NCBI GenBank assembly: GCA_031399525.1
Contig: JANNOZ010000010.1
Location: 295,132-359,131 of the forward strand
DNA from: Actinomycetes bacterium
GTDB lineage: Bacteria; Actinomycetota; Acidimicrobiia; Acidimicrobiales; CADCSY01
Direction: 5' to 3'
DNA: 64,000 nt
Position numbers and translations under genes: made by a program. How positions within the stretch are numbered: the first letter of the stretch is position 1; each line of letters starts with the position of its first letter. Under the pieces are notes generated by a model that saw nothing but the letters and a program-made list of their open reading frames with translations, ran no database searches and was not told the origin of the DNA. Below, in pieces: positions 18,822 to 27,860 of the stretch.

Positions 18822-19193
18822 TCAGTCGCGCTCGAAACGGTCTCGCATGCGCCGACGGGCTGATCCGACGGCCCCGCCCACGCTCCCGCCCCGCATGGTG
18901 GAGGTCCATTCCTGCCAACCAGCTCGACCCATCTTGCGCAGGTTGCGTTCGAACCAGATCGCGGCGGCGAGCATGCCCAGGAAGCCCACGAACGACAGCA
19001 GGGCCGACACGGCCAGGGTCACGATCATGAACACGACGCTGACCACGAACACGCCCGTGGCCCACTTGAGGTTTCGGCCTGCGTGCCGGTAGATCGTCGT
19101 CGAGCCGACCTCGTGGGCCAACTCAGGATCGGACGCGTACAGCTGCTGTTCGATCTCACGCAGTATGCGTTGTTCGTTCTCGGAAAGCGGCAC
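18822..19193 (-). CDS. DUF3040 domain membrane protein
   Basis: 123 aa. N-terminal MPLSENEQRILREIEQQLYASDP signature followed by two TM helices. Confidence 0.85.
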   Translation of the reverse strand: MPLSENEQRILREIEQQLYASDPELAHEVGSTTIYRHAGRNLKWATGVFVVSVVFMIVTLAVSALLSFVGFLGMLAAAIWFERNLRKMGRAGWQEWTSTMRGGSVGGAVGSARRRMRDRFERD

Positions 19194-19310
19194 GCCGAGC
19201 CTCCGTGCGCTCCATCGCAGCCCAGTTGGCGGACTTGACGGACTGGATAGGAATGCTAGCCGTGATCATCGCACGCGACTCCCCGACCGACAACGCGCCG
19301 GACGACCTCA

Positions 19311-20579
19311 TCAGTGGGCCGTGGGGCCCGAATCCTCCGGCCCCCATGCTTGGGCCCCTCGACGAACGGGCCGCGGGCCACCCGGCCCGAACGCCGTTCC
19401 GGCCACGATGGCATCGTCGCCGAACCGGTCACGGATGGCGTCGAGCGCGCCCGTGACCTCCTCGGCTCCAACTCGGGACTCCTCGCCGAGTCGGAGCTGG
19501 CGGGCCCGAGTCTCACTCAGCTGAAAGGCGCTCACGCCGAGCAGACGGACACCAGGCGATAGGTCGACCTGGGCGAGGAGCCGACGGGCGGCGGCGACCA
19601 GGTCCGGACCGGTGTCGACGGCAGCGGGCAGGGTGACCGACCGGGTCAAGGTCCGGAAGTCGCCGTAGCGGACCTTGAGCTGCACTCCCCGTGCCGTGCG
19701 CCGAGCTCGACGTAACCGCTGGGCCACGGCATCGGCCAACCGGGCCACTTCCCGGAGGATCTCTCGGGAATCGTGGAGATCGACAGGGAACGTCTCTTCG
19801 TGGCCGATCGATTTCGCCTCCCGCTCCGGCTCGACGGCCCGCTCATCTCGAGCCCAGGCCAGGTCGTGGAGGTGCCGACCGGCGTGTTCACCGACCGCCC
19901 GCACGAGTCGGTCGACCTCCAGACCGGCCACGTCGCCGACCGTCTGGACCCCGAGTGGCTCGAGACGGGCTCGGGTGGCCGGCCCCACTCCCCAAAGGGC
20001 GGCGACCGGGTGGGCGTGCAGAAACTCCAGCTCGTCGGCCTCCTCGATCACCACGATGCCGAGTCCCGGGGTCGGGCCTCTTCGAGATGCCCGGGGCTTG
20101 GCCGCTTCGGAGGCCAACTTGGCCGTGAGCTTGCGGGGCGCCACACCGATCGAACACGACAGGGCCAGTTCACCGGCCACCTCGGTGCGCAGGCGGGCGG
20201 CGATCGCGGCAGGGTCACCGAGCAGGCGGGTGGCCCCTCGCACGTCGAGGAAGGCCTCGTCCAACGCGATGCCCTCCACGAGGGGGGTCACCCGCTGGAG
20301 TATCTGGTGGAACGCGTGGCTGGCCTCGCGGTAGCGCTCGAAGCGCCCGGGCAACACAACGGCATGGGGACACAGCCGACGAGCCGTGACGATCGGCATG
20401 GCCGAGTGCACCCCGTAGGCCCGGGCCTCGTAGGACGCGGCCGCGACCACGCCACGACGACCGGTCCCGCCAACCACCACCGGGTGCCCGGCCAGGCTGG
20501 GGTTGTCTCGAACCTCGACAGCGACGAAGAAGGCGTCGAGGTCGACGTGGAGGATTCCCGGCCGCGACGAGCCAGCCAT
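19311..20579 (-). CDS. dinB: DNA polymerase IV (Y-family)
   Basis: 422 aa. ILHVDLDAFFVAVE N-terminus and SIGVAPRKLTAKLAS. Confidence 0.93.
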   Translation of the reverse strand: MAGSSRPGILHVDLDAFFVAVEVRDNPSLAGHPVVVGGTGRRGVVAAASYEARAYGVHSAMPIVTARRLCPHAVVLPGRFERYREASHAFHQILQRVTPLVEGIALDEAFLDVRGATRLLGDPAAIAARLRTEVAGELALSCSIGVAPRKLTAKLASEAAKPRASRRGPTPGLGIVVIEEADELEFLHAHPVAALWGVGPATRARLEPLGVQTVGDVAGLEVDRLVRAVGEHAGRHLHDLAWARDERAVEPEREAKSIGHEETFPVDLHDSREILREVARLADAVAQRLRRARRTARGVQLKVRYGDFRTLTRSVTLPAAVDTGPDLVAAARRLLAQVDLSPGVRLLGVSAFQLSETRARQLRLGEESRVGAEEVTGALDAIRDRFGDDAIVAGTAFGPGGPRPVRRGAQAWGPEDSGPTAH

Positions 20580-20588
20580 GGCCCGATG

Positions 20589-21338
20589 TCAGCCGGTGGG
20601 CGTGGGCCGACGGATCCGACCTCGGGCCCGGTCGAGGCGGTCTCGCACACCCCAACCCGTCACCAGCAAGAGCGCCTCGACCACGATCCGGCTGGACATC
20701 TTGGACGTCCCCTGGGTGCGATCGACGAAGGTGATGGGTACCTCCACCACCTGGCCCCCAGCCCGGATGAGGCGGTAGACCATCTCGATCTGGAAGCCGT
20801 ACCCGTCGGCTCGCACCGCGTCGAGGTCGACCCGCCGCAGCGTCGCGGTGCGAAAGGCTCGGAAGCCGGAGGTGGCATCACGGACGGGGATGCTCAGGAG
20901 CGCGGCGGCGTATCGGTTGCCCCAGCGTGACAACGCGGCCCGGTACCAGGACCACGCCGGGATGGCCCCACCGGGCACATAGCGGGACCCGACCACCACG
21001 TCGGCCCCGTCATCGAGGGCGGCAAGGAGGCGGGGCACGACGGCCGGATCATGGGACAAGTCGGCGTCCATCTCGACCACAGCCTCGTAGCCCTCCTCGA
21101 GGGCGACGGCGAAGCCAGCCTTGTAGGCCTGGCCCAACCCGGCCTTGCCCGGGCGCCGCAGGACCTGCACCTGCCCGAGGCGGCGACCGGCGCCTTCGGC
21201 CAGATCGGCGGTGCCGTCGGGGCTGTTGTCGTCGACCACGAGAACGTCGACATCGGGTGCGTCGGCGCGGAGCCGCTCGATCACCCTGACGACATTGGGG
21301 GCCTCCTCGAACGTGGGGAGGACCACCAGGGCGCGCAC
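20589..21338 (-). CDS. ppm1: polyprenol-phosphate mannose synthase (GT2)
   Basis: 249 aa. VDDNSPDGT and EMDADLSHDP (DxD) motifs. GTG start. Confidence 0.85.
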   Translation of the reverse strand: MRALVVLPTFEEAPNVVRVIERLRADAPDVDVLVVDDNSPDGTADLAEGAGRRLGQVQVLRRPGKAGLGQAYKAGFAVALEEGYEAVVEMDADLSHDPAVVPRLLAALDDGADVVVGSRYVPGGAIPAWSWYRAALSRWGNRYAAALLSIPVRDATSGFRAFRTATLRRVDLDAVRADGYGFQIEMVYRLIRAGGQVVEVPITFVDRTQGTSKMSSRIVVEALLLVTGWGVRDRLDRARGRIRRPTPTG

Positions 21339-21391
21339 AGCAGCACTCTAGGCACGGCCATGGTCGAGACCCGCCCATAGGCTGACCCGCG

Positions 21392-21670
21392 ATGGCCCCC
21401 GATTCGGACCCCCGCCCGGCCCGGCCCTACGCGCCCTCGGCGCTGCCGCCGGTGTGGGCCCGGGCCCTGGCCTTCGGCGCGATCGTCGTGGGCGGGTGCT
21501 GCGGAGCCCTGATCGGCTGGGCCCTGGTCGACCTGCAATGTTCGGGTGAGTGCACCGGTCCGAGTGCGCTGGCCACGGTGCTCGGCGGGCTGGTCGGGGC
21601 CGGCGGCGTGGCCATCATCGCCGTGCTGGTGTTACGAGCGATGGCCGAATGGCGCCGCCCGATCGAGTGA
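21392..21670 (+). CDS. hypothetical small membrane protein
   Basis: 92 aa with two predicted TM helices and four cysteines (CC...C..C). GC3-rich frame. Confidence 0.55.
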   Translation: MAPDSDPRPARPYAPSALPPVWARALAFGAIVVGGCCGALIGWALVDLQCSGECTGPSALATVLGGLVGAGGVAIIAVLVLRAMAEWRRPIE

Positions 21671-21695
21671 CTCACCGGGGCGGTCGGCCCGACGG

Positions 21696-22418
21696 TTACG
21701 CCAGGCGGACTCGCCGGAAGCCCTCGGCGTGGGTCACCCCTAGTCGGCGGGCCTCCTCGGCGGCTCGGCCCCGGACGAAGTCGCCCAGCCACTCCTCGTC
21801 GCCATCGCCGAACCGGGATCGGTGACGCGACAACGCCTCGACCTTGCGATCGATGGTGGCCGACACGTCGACCCACACGTCGGCTTCCAGCGATCCCGAC
21901 AGCAACATGGTGGCCACCCCGTGGGCTGGGCCGGCCTCGGGAAAGTAGCCCGGCGATGCGGCCGCCGGGGCCACCGCATCGAGCGCGGCCCAGCCGATGG
22001 CCCGGTGATCGACGTGGTTGATGTAGCGGTCGCCGAAGAACACCGCCGTGGGGTCGGGACACACCACCACCTCGGGCCGGTGTCGACGGATCACAGCCAC
22101 CAACTCGGCTCTCAGCCCTCGGGGATCGACGTCGAGGTCGCCGTCGGCGTGGCCCAGCAACTCGACGCCGGCCAAACCGAGAACCGTGGCGGCAGCCCGG
22201 ACCTCCTCGGCCCGCTGGTCAGCCAGGGCCGTGGGGTCCACGCCCGGCGCGGCCGATCCCTTCTCGCCTCTGGTAGCCACCACCACGTGGACCTCACAGC
22301 CACCGACCGCCCAGGCGGCCAGGGTCCCGCCGCAGGACACCTCGACGTCGTCAGGGTGGGCGTACACGGCCAGGGCTCGCTCCGGGCACCCGCGATACAG
22401 GCTGGTGGAGGGGCTCAC
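21696..22418 (-). CDS. PIG-L/LmbE-family deacetylase
   Basis: Track ORF trimmed to GTG 22418, 10 nt after the upstream stop. AHPDDVE metal-binding motif. Confidence 0.8.
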   Translation of the reverse strand: MSPSTSLYRGCPERALAVYAHPDDVEVSCGGTLAAWAVGGCEVHVVVATRGEKGSAAPGVDPTALADQRAEEVRAAATVLGLAGVELLGHADGDLDVDPRGLRAELVAVIRRHRPEVVVCPDPTAVFFGDRYINHVDHRAIGWAALDAVAPAAASPGYFPEAGPAHGVATMLLSGSLEADVWVDVSATIDRKVEALSRHRSRFGDGDEEWLGDFVRGRAAEEARRLGVTHAEGFRRVRLA

Positions 22419-22428
22419 CGGCGGCTGC

Positions 22429-23436
22429 TCATGGCGCGGTCGCCAACGCGGCCCGGGCCACCTCGACCCCGGCATCGTCGACGTCGTGATGGGTGACCAG
22501 ACGGATCGTTCCTGGGCCGATCGTGCCGGCCAGGACACCGGATGCCGCCAAATGCCGTAGCACCGAAGCCGGGGCGGGATGGGCGAAGACCACGATGTTG
22601 GTCTGGACCCGCTCTGGGTCGATCGATCCAGGCCATCGGTCGGCCACCGCGTCGGCCAGGCGGCGGGCCCGGCTGTGGTCTTCGGCTAGACGGTCGACCA
22701 TGGAGGACAGCCCGATGAGTCCCGCGGCGGCCACGATGCCGGCCTGCCGCAGCTGCCCGCCCAGACGGCGGCGCCACACCCTCGCCTCATCGATCGCATC
22801 TGCTGGTCCGGCCAGGACCGAGCCCACCGGGGCACAGAGTCCCTTGGTCAAGGCGGTCCACACCGTTCGAGCCGGCGCAGCCAGCTCAGCCGCCGGACGG
22901 CCTGACGCCACGGACGCGTTCAGCAGCCTGGCCCCGTCCATGTGCATGGGTAGACCGCAGGCGCCCAGCGCCTCGATGATCGCGGGGACGACGACCGTTC
23001 CACCACTGGCCATGTGGGTCTGCTCGACGCAGACCACCGACGGGCGGGTCCAGTGGTGGGCCGCGGCGGAGACATGGAAGGCCACGTCGTCGGGGTCGAG
23101 GCATCCGCCGACATCGTCGAGGGTCACCAGCTGGAACGGCGCCAGGCCGCTGGCGCCGTCCTCGAAGCTGGCGATGTGGGACGAGCGCCCGGCCAACACC
23201 ACGCTCGACGGTGGCGCGGCGACCCGGAGGGCGACCTGGTTGGCCATCGTGCCCGAAGGGAGGAAGAGCGCAGCCTCCTTACCCACCAACGCGGCGTAGT
23301 GGTCCTGGAGGGCGAGGACCGTGGGGTCCTCGCCATAGCCGTCGTCACCGACCTCGGCATCGGCCATGGCCCGGCGCATCTCGGGCGTCGGGCGAGTCAA
23401 CGTGTCAGAGCGCAGCTCGACTCGACGGTCAGGCAC
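22429..23436 (-). CDS. ltaE: low-specificity L-threonine aldolase
   Basis: 335 aa. VELRSDTLTRPTPEM, GDDGYGEDPT, LPSGTMANQ and a PLP-lysine context (LTKGL). Confidence 0.88.
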   Translation of the reverse strand: MPDRRVELRSDTLTRPTPEMRRAMADAEVGDDGYGEDPTVLALQDHYAALVGKEAALFLPSGTMANQVALRVAAPPSSVVLAGRSSHIASFEDGASGLAPFQLVTLDDVGGCLDPDDVAFHVSAAAHHWTRPSVVCVEQTHMASGGTVVVPAIIEALGACGLPMHMDGARLLNASVASGRPAAELAAPARTVWTALTKGLCAPVGSVLAGPADAIDEARVWRRRLGGQLRQAGIVAAAGLIGLSSMVDRLAEDHSRARRLADAVADRWPGSIDPERVQTNIVVFAHPAPASVLRHLAASGVLAGTIGPGTIRLVTHHDVDDAGVEVARAALATAP

Positions 23437-23497
23437 GCGGCGAGCGTAGGCGCGGCTCGGTCAGGGCCCTCCCGAAGACGCCGGTACCGTCGTCGAG

Positions 23498-24310
23498 ATG
23501 TCCAATGGCCCTGATCTCGTGGAGCTGCTCGATCTGGCCACCGATCTGGTGGTCGAAGCCGGGGCGCTCCTGGCTGGTGGGGTGAGCTCCGTGCGCACCG
23601 ACATCGCCACCAAGTCCTCGGCCACCGACATGGTGACCGAGATGGACCGGGCGTCCGAGCGCCTTCTCGTGGAAGGCATCCGAAGCGCTCGACCCGACGA
23701 CGGCGTTCTTGCCGAAGAGGGCACGTCAGCCCCGAACCGCTCCGGGGTCCGCTGGATCATCGATCCGCTCGACGGGACCACCAACTATCTCTACGGGGTC
23801 CCCGCCTACGCCGTGTCCGTTGCCGTCGAAGTGGACGGCATCGTGGAGGTCGGCGTCGTCCTCGACGCGGCCCACGGCGAACTGTTCAGCGCCGTGCGGG
23901 GGCGAGGCGCCCGCCTCGACGGACGGCTCATCCACACCAGCCCTACCACCGATCTCGGTAAGGCGCTGGTTGGCACCGGCTTCGGCTACGAGGCTGTCCA
24001 TCGCCGAGCCCAAGTGGACGTGTTGAGCGGGGTCATCGGCGACGTGCGCGACATTCGGCGGGCCGGCGCCGCTGCGGTCGACCTCTGCTGGGTGGCGTGC
24101 GGACGCCTCGACGCCTACTACGAGGAGGGCATCGAGCCCTGGGACGGGGCTGCCGGGTTGCTCGTCGCCGCCGAAGCCGGCGGGCGCACGTGGGTGGGAG
24201 CCAGCCCCCGCATCGGGCGCACCATCACCGTGGCGGCCAACCCAGAGCTGTTCGACCCGTTGCTCGGGTTGTTGGTCCGCGCTGGAGCCGTGTCCCAGAG
24301 GAGCGGATGA
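23498..24310 (+). CDS. inositol monophosphatase family protein
   Basis: 270 aa. EEG...WIIDPLDGTTNY and WDGAAG motifs. Confidence 0.9.
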   Translation: MSNGPDLVELLDLATDLVVEAGALLAGGVSSVRTDIATKSSATDMVTEMDRASERLLVEGIRSARPDDGVLAEEGTSAPNRSGVRWIIDPLDGTTNYLYGVPAYAVSVAVEVDGIVEVGVVLDAAHGELFSAVRGRGARLDGRLIHTSPTTDLGKALVGTGFGYEAVHRRAQVDVLSGVIGDVRDIRRAGAAAVDLCWVACGRLDAYYEEGIEPWDGAAGLLVAAEAGGRTWVGASPRIGRTITVAANPELFDPLLGLLVRAGAVSQRSG

Positions 24311-24326
24311 GGCATCCTGGCTGGCC

Positions 24327-25007
24327 ATGACGACGCGCATCTTGACCGTCGAGGACGACGAACGCATCCGTACCGCGGTGCGCATGGCGCTCGAGGACGA
24401 GGGATGGCAGGTCGCCGAAGCGGCGACCGGCGAACTCGCCCTGGCTGAGTTCGAAGCCCACCCGGCCGACGTCGTGCTCATCGATCTCATGCTGCCGGGA
24501 ATGGACGGTTTCGAGCTGTGCCGAGCCGTTCGTCGCACCAGTGACGTGCCCATCGTGATGGTGACCGCCCGCACCGACACCCACGACGTGGTGGCTGGGC
24601 TCGAGGCTGGCGCCGACGACTACCTCACCAAACCGTTCCAGCCCAAGGAGCTGTCGGCTCGGATCCGGGCGCTGCTCCGACGGGTCCGACCCGCCGCGCC
24701 GGGACACACCCACTTGCGCTTCGCCGACCTCGAGATCGTTCCGGACGAGGGATCTGTCCGCTCGTCGGGCCGCGACGTTCACCTCACCCGGACCGAGTTC
24801 AAGCTGCTGTGCGAGCTGGCTCTGAACGTGGGCAAGGTGTTCTCCCGCGAGGAGTTGCTCGAGCGGGTTTGGGGCTACGACTACTTCGGCGACGGTCGTC
24901 TGGTCGACGTCCACGTGCGCCGACTCCGGACCAAGGTCGAGCCCGACCCTGCCAACCCTCGCTATGTCCTGACCGTGCGGGGTCTCGGCTACAAGCTCCA
25001 AGCCTGA
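24327..25007 (+). CDS. mtrA: OmpR-family response regulator, MtrA-like
   Basis: 226 aa. Receiver domain (DLMLPGMDG, KPF) plus a winged-helix C-terminus. Strong resemblance to actinobacterial MtrA, and followed by the kinase gene. Confidence 0.85.
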   Translation: MTTRILTVEDDERIRTAVRMALEDEGWQVAEAATGELALAEFEAHPADVVLIDLMLPGMDGFELCRAVRRTSDVPIVMVTARTDTHDVVAGLEAGADDYLTKPFQPKELSARIRALLRRVRPAAPGHTHLRFADLEIVPDEGSVRSSGRDVHLTRTEFKLLCELALNVGKVFSREELLERVWGYDYFGDGRLVDVHVRRLRTKVEPDPANPRYVLTVRGLGYKLQA

Positions 25008-25008
25008 C

Positions 25009-26493
25009 GTGGCGACCCGGGCGACCGGCACCCGGCGTCGGGTCCGGGCCACGATCCCTCACGCCCGGCGTCTCGGTCTGCGCGCCCGGCTCATCACCGC
25101 GTTCGCCCTGGGTGGGCTCGCCCTCTCGGCCCTGATGGCCCTGATCTCCTTCAGCCTCGTGCGCCAGAACCTCGTCGAACAGCACGAGCGCACCGCCACG
25201 GCGGAGGCCTACGTGAACGCCCGGGTGGTTCGCGACACCCTCCGGGGCGACAGCACCGATGTGGCCGGGGCGCTCGATGCGGTGCAGGCCCAACCCGGCT
25301 CGACGCCGGTGCTGTATCGCGACGGTGAGTGGTACGCGGCGACCGGCGCCACCATTCCGATCTTGCTGCGCGACGAGGTGCTGGCCGGCCAGCCGGCCAG
25401 CCTGCGGTACACCTCCGGGGACGACACCCTGCTGGTCGTCGGCCTGCCCCTCCCGGCCGTCGGTGCTGCGTACTTCGAGATCTCGTCGTTCGCCGAGCTC
25501 GAGGGCACCCTGCGCTCCTTGGCGCTGTCACTGGTGGTCGCTGGTCTGGTCACCACCGTTGCCGGGGCCGCCCTGGGCGCCTACGCCAGCCGCCACGTCT
25601 TGCGTCCGCTGGCCGAGGTGCGCCAGGCCGCGGCCGCCATCGCCGGAGGGCGCCTCGACACCCGAGTGGCCCGGGTCGACGACGCCGACTTGGGCGCCCT
25701 GGTGGGCTCGTTCAACGACATGGCCAGCGCCCTGCAGGAGCGCATCGAGAGCGACAACCGCTTCGCCTCCGATGTCTCCCACGAGTTGCGTTCGCCGCTG
25801 ACCACCTTGGCCGCGGCGGTCGAGGTGCTCGAAGGCCAGCGCGACGAGCTGCCCGAGCGGGCCCGGGCCGCCCTCGACCTGCTCCGCGACGACATCGGGC
25901 GGTTCACCGCGATGGTCGACGGCTTGCTGGAGATCTCCCGCTTCGACGCCGGAGCCGCCCATCTGGCCCTGGACGAGGTCGACATCGCCGAACTGGTCCG
26001 TCAGTCGGTAACGGCCAACTCCGACGAACCCGTCCCGGTGATCTTGGGTCCGGGCGCCAGCGGCTGCATCGTCGACGTCGACAAGCGCCGCTTCGTGCAG
26101 GTCATGGCCAACCTGCTCGACAACGCCCGCAAGTACGCCGGCGGGGCGACCCGAGTCACCGTGGAGGTGAACGGGGTCATGGTTCGCATCGGCGTCGAAG
26201 ACAGCGGCCCCGGGATCAGCCCCGACGAGCGTGAACGGGTCTTCGAACGCTTCTCCCGGGCCCACAGGGAGGCCCGGAGCCGCGGGATGAGCGACGGAGT
26301 CGGCCTGGGCCTGTCCCTGGTGCGAGGCCATGTCGAGCTCCACGGCGGGCGGGTCTGGGTCGAGGACCGCCCCGATGGCGAGCCGGGCGCCCGCTTCGTC
26401 ATCGAGCTGGCCAGCGTGCTGCGGGGCCTACCCGACGAGCCCGAGCCCGACCTCGGACCCGCGGCAGTGCCGGCGTCGGAGGTCGAGTCGTGA
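25009..26493 (+). CDS. mtrB: sensor histidine kinase, MtrB-like
   Basis: 494 aa with two TM segments and a HAMP domain. H-box SHELRSPL, N-box DNARKY, G-boxes. Starts 1 nt after the mtrA stop. Confidence 0.85.
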   Translation: MATRATGTRRRVRATIPHARRLGLRARLITAFALGGLALSALMALISFSLVRQNLVEQHERTATAEAYVNARVVRDTLRGDSTDVAGALDAVQAQPGSTPVLYRDGEWYAATGATIPILLRDEVLAGQPASLRYTSGDDTLLVVGLPLPAVGAAYFEISSFAELEGTLRSLALSLVVAGLVTTVAGAALGAYASRHVLRPLAEVRQAAAAIAGGRLDTRVARVDDADLGALVGSFNDMASALQERIESDNRFASDVSHELRSPLTTLAAAVEVLEGQRDELPERARAALDLLRDDIGRFTAMVDGLLEISRFDAGAAHLALDEVDIAELVRQSVTANSDEPVPVILGPGASGCIVDVDKRRFVQVMANLLDNARKYAGGATRVTVEVNGVMVRIGVEDSGPGISPDERERVFERFSRAHREARSRGMSDGVGLGLSLVRGHVELHGGRVWVEDRPDGEPGARFVIELASVLRGLPDEPEPDLGPAAVPASEVES

Positions 26494-26642
26494 CCCGCCG
26501 CAGACTGCGCAAGGCGTTGGTAGGCGCCGCCCTGGTAGTCGCCCTGGCCAACTGCGGGGTACCCACCGACTCCGAGCCCCGCCGCATCGACTCCGAACAA
26601 GTCCCCTTCGGCCTACTAGAAGACCCCAACAACCAGAACTAA
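26490..26642 (+). CDS. 50-codon putative lipoprotein stub in the lpqB position
   Basis: Not in the ORF track (under 60 aa). GTG 26490 forms a GTGA overlap with the mtrB stop. Translation: VTRRRLRKALVGAALVVALANCGVPTDSEPRRIDSEQVPFGLLEDPNNQN*. It has a basic n-region, a hydrophobic core and a lipobox-like LANC. Confidence 0.4.
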   Translation: MTRRRLRKALVGAALVVALANCGVPTDSEPRRIDSEQVPFGLLEDPNNQN

Positions 26643-26676
26643 CCACCCCCAGCCCAAGCGGACGAGGAGCAGGGGA

Positions 26677-26747
26677 GGGGTGTCGGCCCCCCGCTGGGCG
26701 CCGACCGGACAAAGTGAAAGGCAAGCCCAGCGGGGGGCCGACACCCC
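26677..26747. terminator. 23-bp perfect inverted repeat (bidirectional terminator-like hairpin)
   Basis: GGGGTGTCGGCCCCCCGCTGGGC (26677-26699) pairs with GCCCAGCGGGGGGCCGACACCCC (26725-26747). 25-nt loop. Lies between the convergent mtrB-stub and pfkA. Confidence 0.6.
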
Positions 26748-26768
26748 GTGCAGGGAACCCTTAGAACT

Positions 26769-27800
26769 TCAGCCGAAAAACACCTCAGCCACATCGTGAT
26801 AAAGCTGCGGATCAACCAGCTTCAACTCCCGCACAGCATCACCGAGCGGCACCAACGTGATCGCGTCGGCCCGCAACGCCACCATCTGCCCGAACAAGCC
26901 GGCATGCACGGCGTCGATGGCGGCGATGCCGAAGCGGGTCGAAAGCACCCGGTCGAAGGCCGTCGGCGTCCCACCCCTTTGCACATGACCGAGGATGGTG
27001 ACCCGGGTTTCGAAGCCGGTGCGGGCTTCGATCTCGGTCGCCAGCACGTTGCCGATACCGCCGAGGCGGGCGTGGCCGAACTGGTCGACGTCACCCTCTT
27101 GCACGCTGATCGTGCCCTCGATGGGGACGGCGCCCTCGGCCACCACCACGATCGACGCGTACCGGCCCCGGGCGTGACGTTGACGGAGCGACTCGCACAC
27201 GACGTCGATGTCGAAGGGTTCTTCGGGTATGAGTATCTCGCTGGCCCCACCGGCAATCCCGGCGTAGAGAGCAATGTGTCCAGCGTGGCGGCCCATGACC
27301 TCGCACACCATCACCCGGTCGTGGGACTCCGCGGTGGTGTGGAGCCGGTCGATGGCGTCAGTGGCGATCTGGACCGCAGTGTGGAACCCGAAGGTGACCT
27401 CGGTCGCCGACAGGTCGTTGTCGATGGTCTTGGGCACCCCGACCACCTGGACCCCTTCGTCGGACAACCGGGCGGCCACGCCGAGGGTGTCCTCGCCGCC
27501 GATGGCGATCAGCGCGTCGATGTCGAGAGCCCCGAGGGTTTCATGGCAGCGCTCGGGTCCGCCGTCGAGCTTGTAGGGGTTGGTCCGCGACGTTCCGAGC
27601 AGCGTGCCACCCCGGGGCAGGGTGCCGCGCATGGTCTCGACGTCCACGAGACGCCACTTACGCTCGACCACACCCTTCCAGCCGTCGAGGAAGCCCACGA
27701 ACGTGTCGTCGTGGAGCCGCTCGCCCTTGCGCACCACGGCCCGGATCACTGCGTTCAGCCCAGGGCAGTCGCCACCGCCGGTGAGGATTCCGATCTTCAC
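26769..27800 (-). CDS. pfkA: 6-phosphofructokinase
   Basis: Track ORF trimmed to GTG 27800 (VKIGILTGGGDCPGLN), preceded by GAGGAGG 6 nt upstream. Motifs IGGEDT, PKTIDND and MGRHAG. Confidence 0.92.
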   Translation of the reverse strand: MKIGILTGGGDCPGLNAVIRAVVRKGERLHDDTFVGFLDGWKGVVERKWRLVDVETMRGTLPRGGTLLGTSRTNPYKLDGGPERCHETLGALDIDALIAIGGEDTLGVAARLSDEGVQVVGVPKTIDNDLSATEVTFGFHTAVQIATDAIDRLHTTAESHDRVMVCEVMGRHAGHIALYAGIAGGASEILIPEEPFDIDVVCESLRQRHARGRYASIVVVAEGAVPIEGTISVQEGDVDQFGHARLGGIGNVLATEIEARTGFETRVTILGHVQRGGTPTAFDRVLSTRFGIAAIDAVHAGLFGQMVALRADAITLVPLGDAVRELKLVDPQLYHDVAEVFFG

Positions 27801-27860
27801 GTCTCGACCTCCTCGGGCTCGCGTCGGCGAGCGGGTCAACGCTAGCGACCGCTGGTCCGA

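Noticed and set aside
19194-20600. SOS (LexA) box near dinB / DUF3040
   Set aside because: I looked for the actinobacterial TCGAAC-N4-GTTCGA palindrome around the dinB and DUF3040 starts and found none. dinB starts 9 nt after ppm1 and appears to be co-transcribed with it.
26600-26676. C-rich stretch after the lipoprotein stub as a 6C-type small RNA
   Set aside because: The C-runs are not presented in hairpin loops and no paired double-stem architecture is evident. The nearby C6 run lies inside the stem of the 23-bp hairpin instead.
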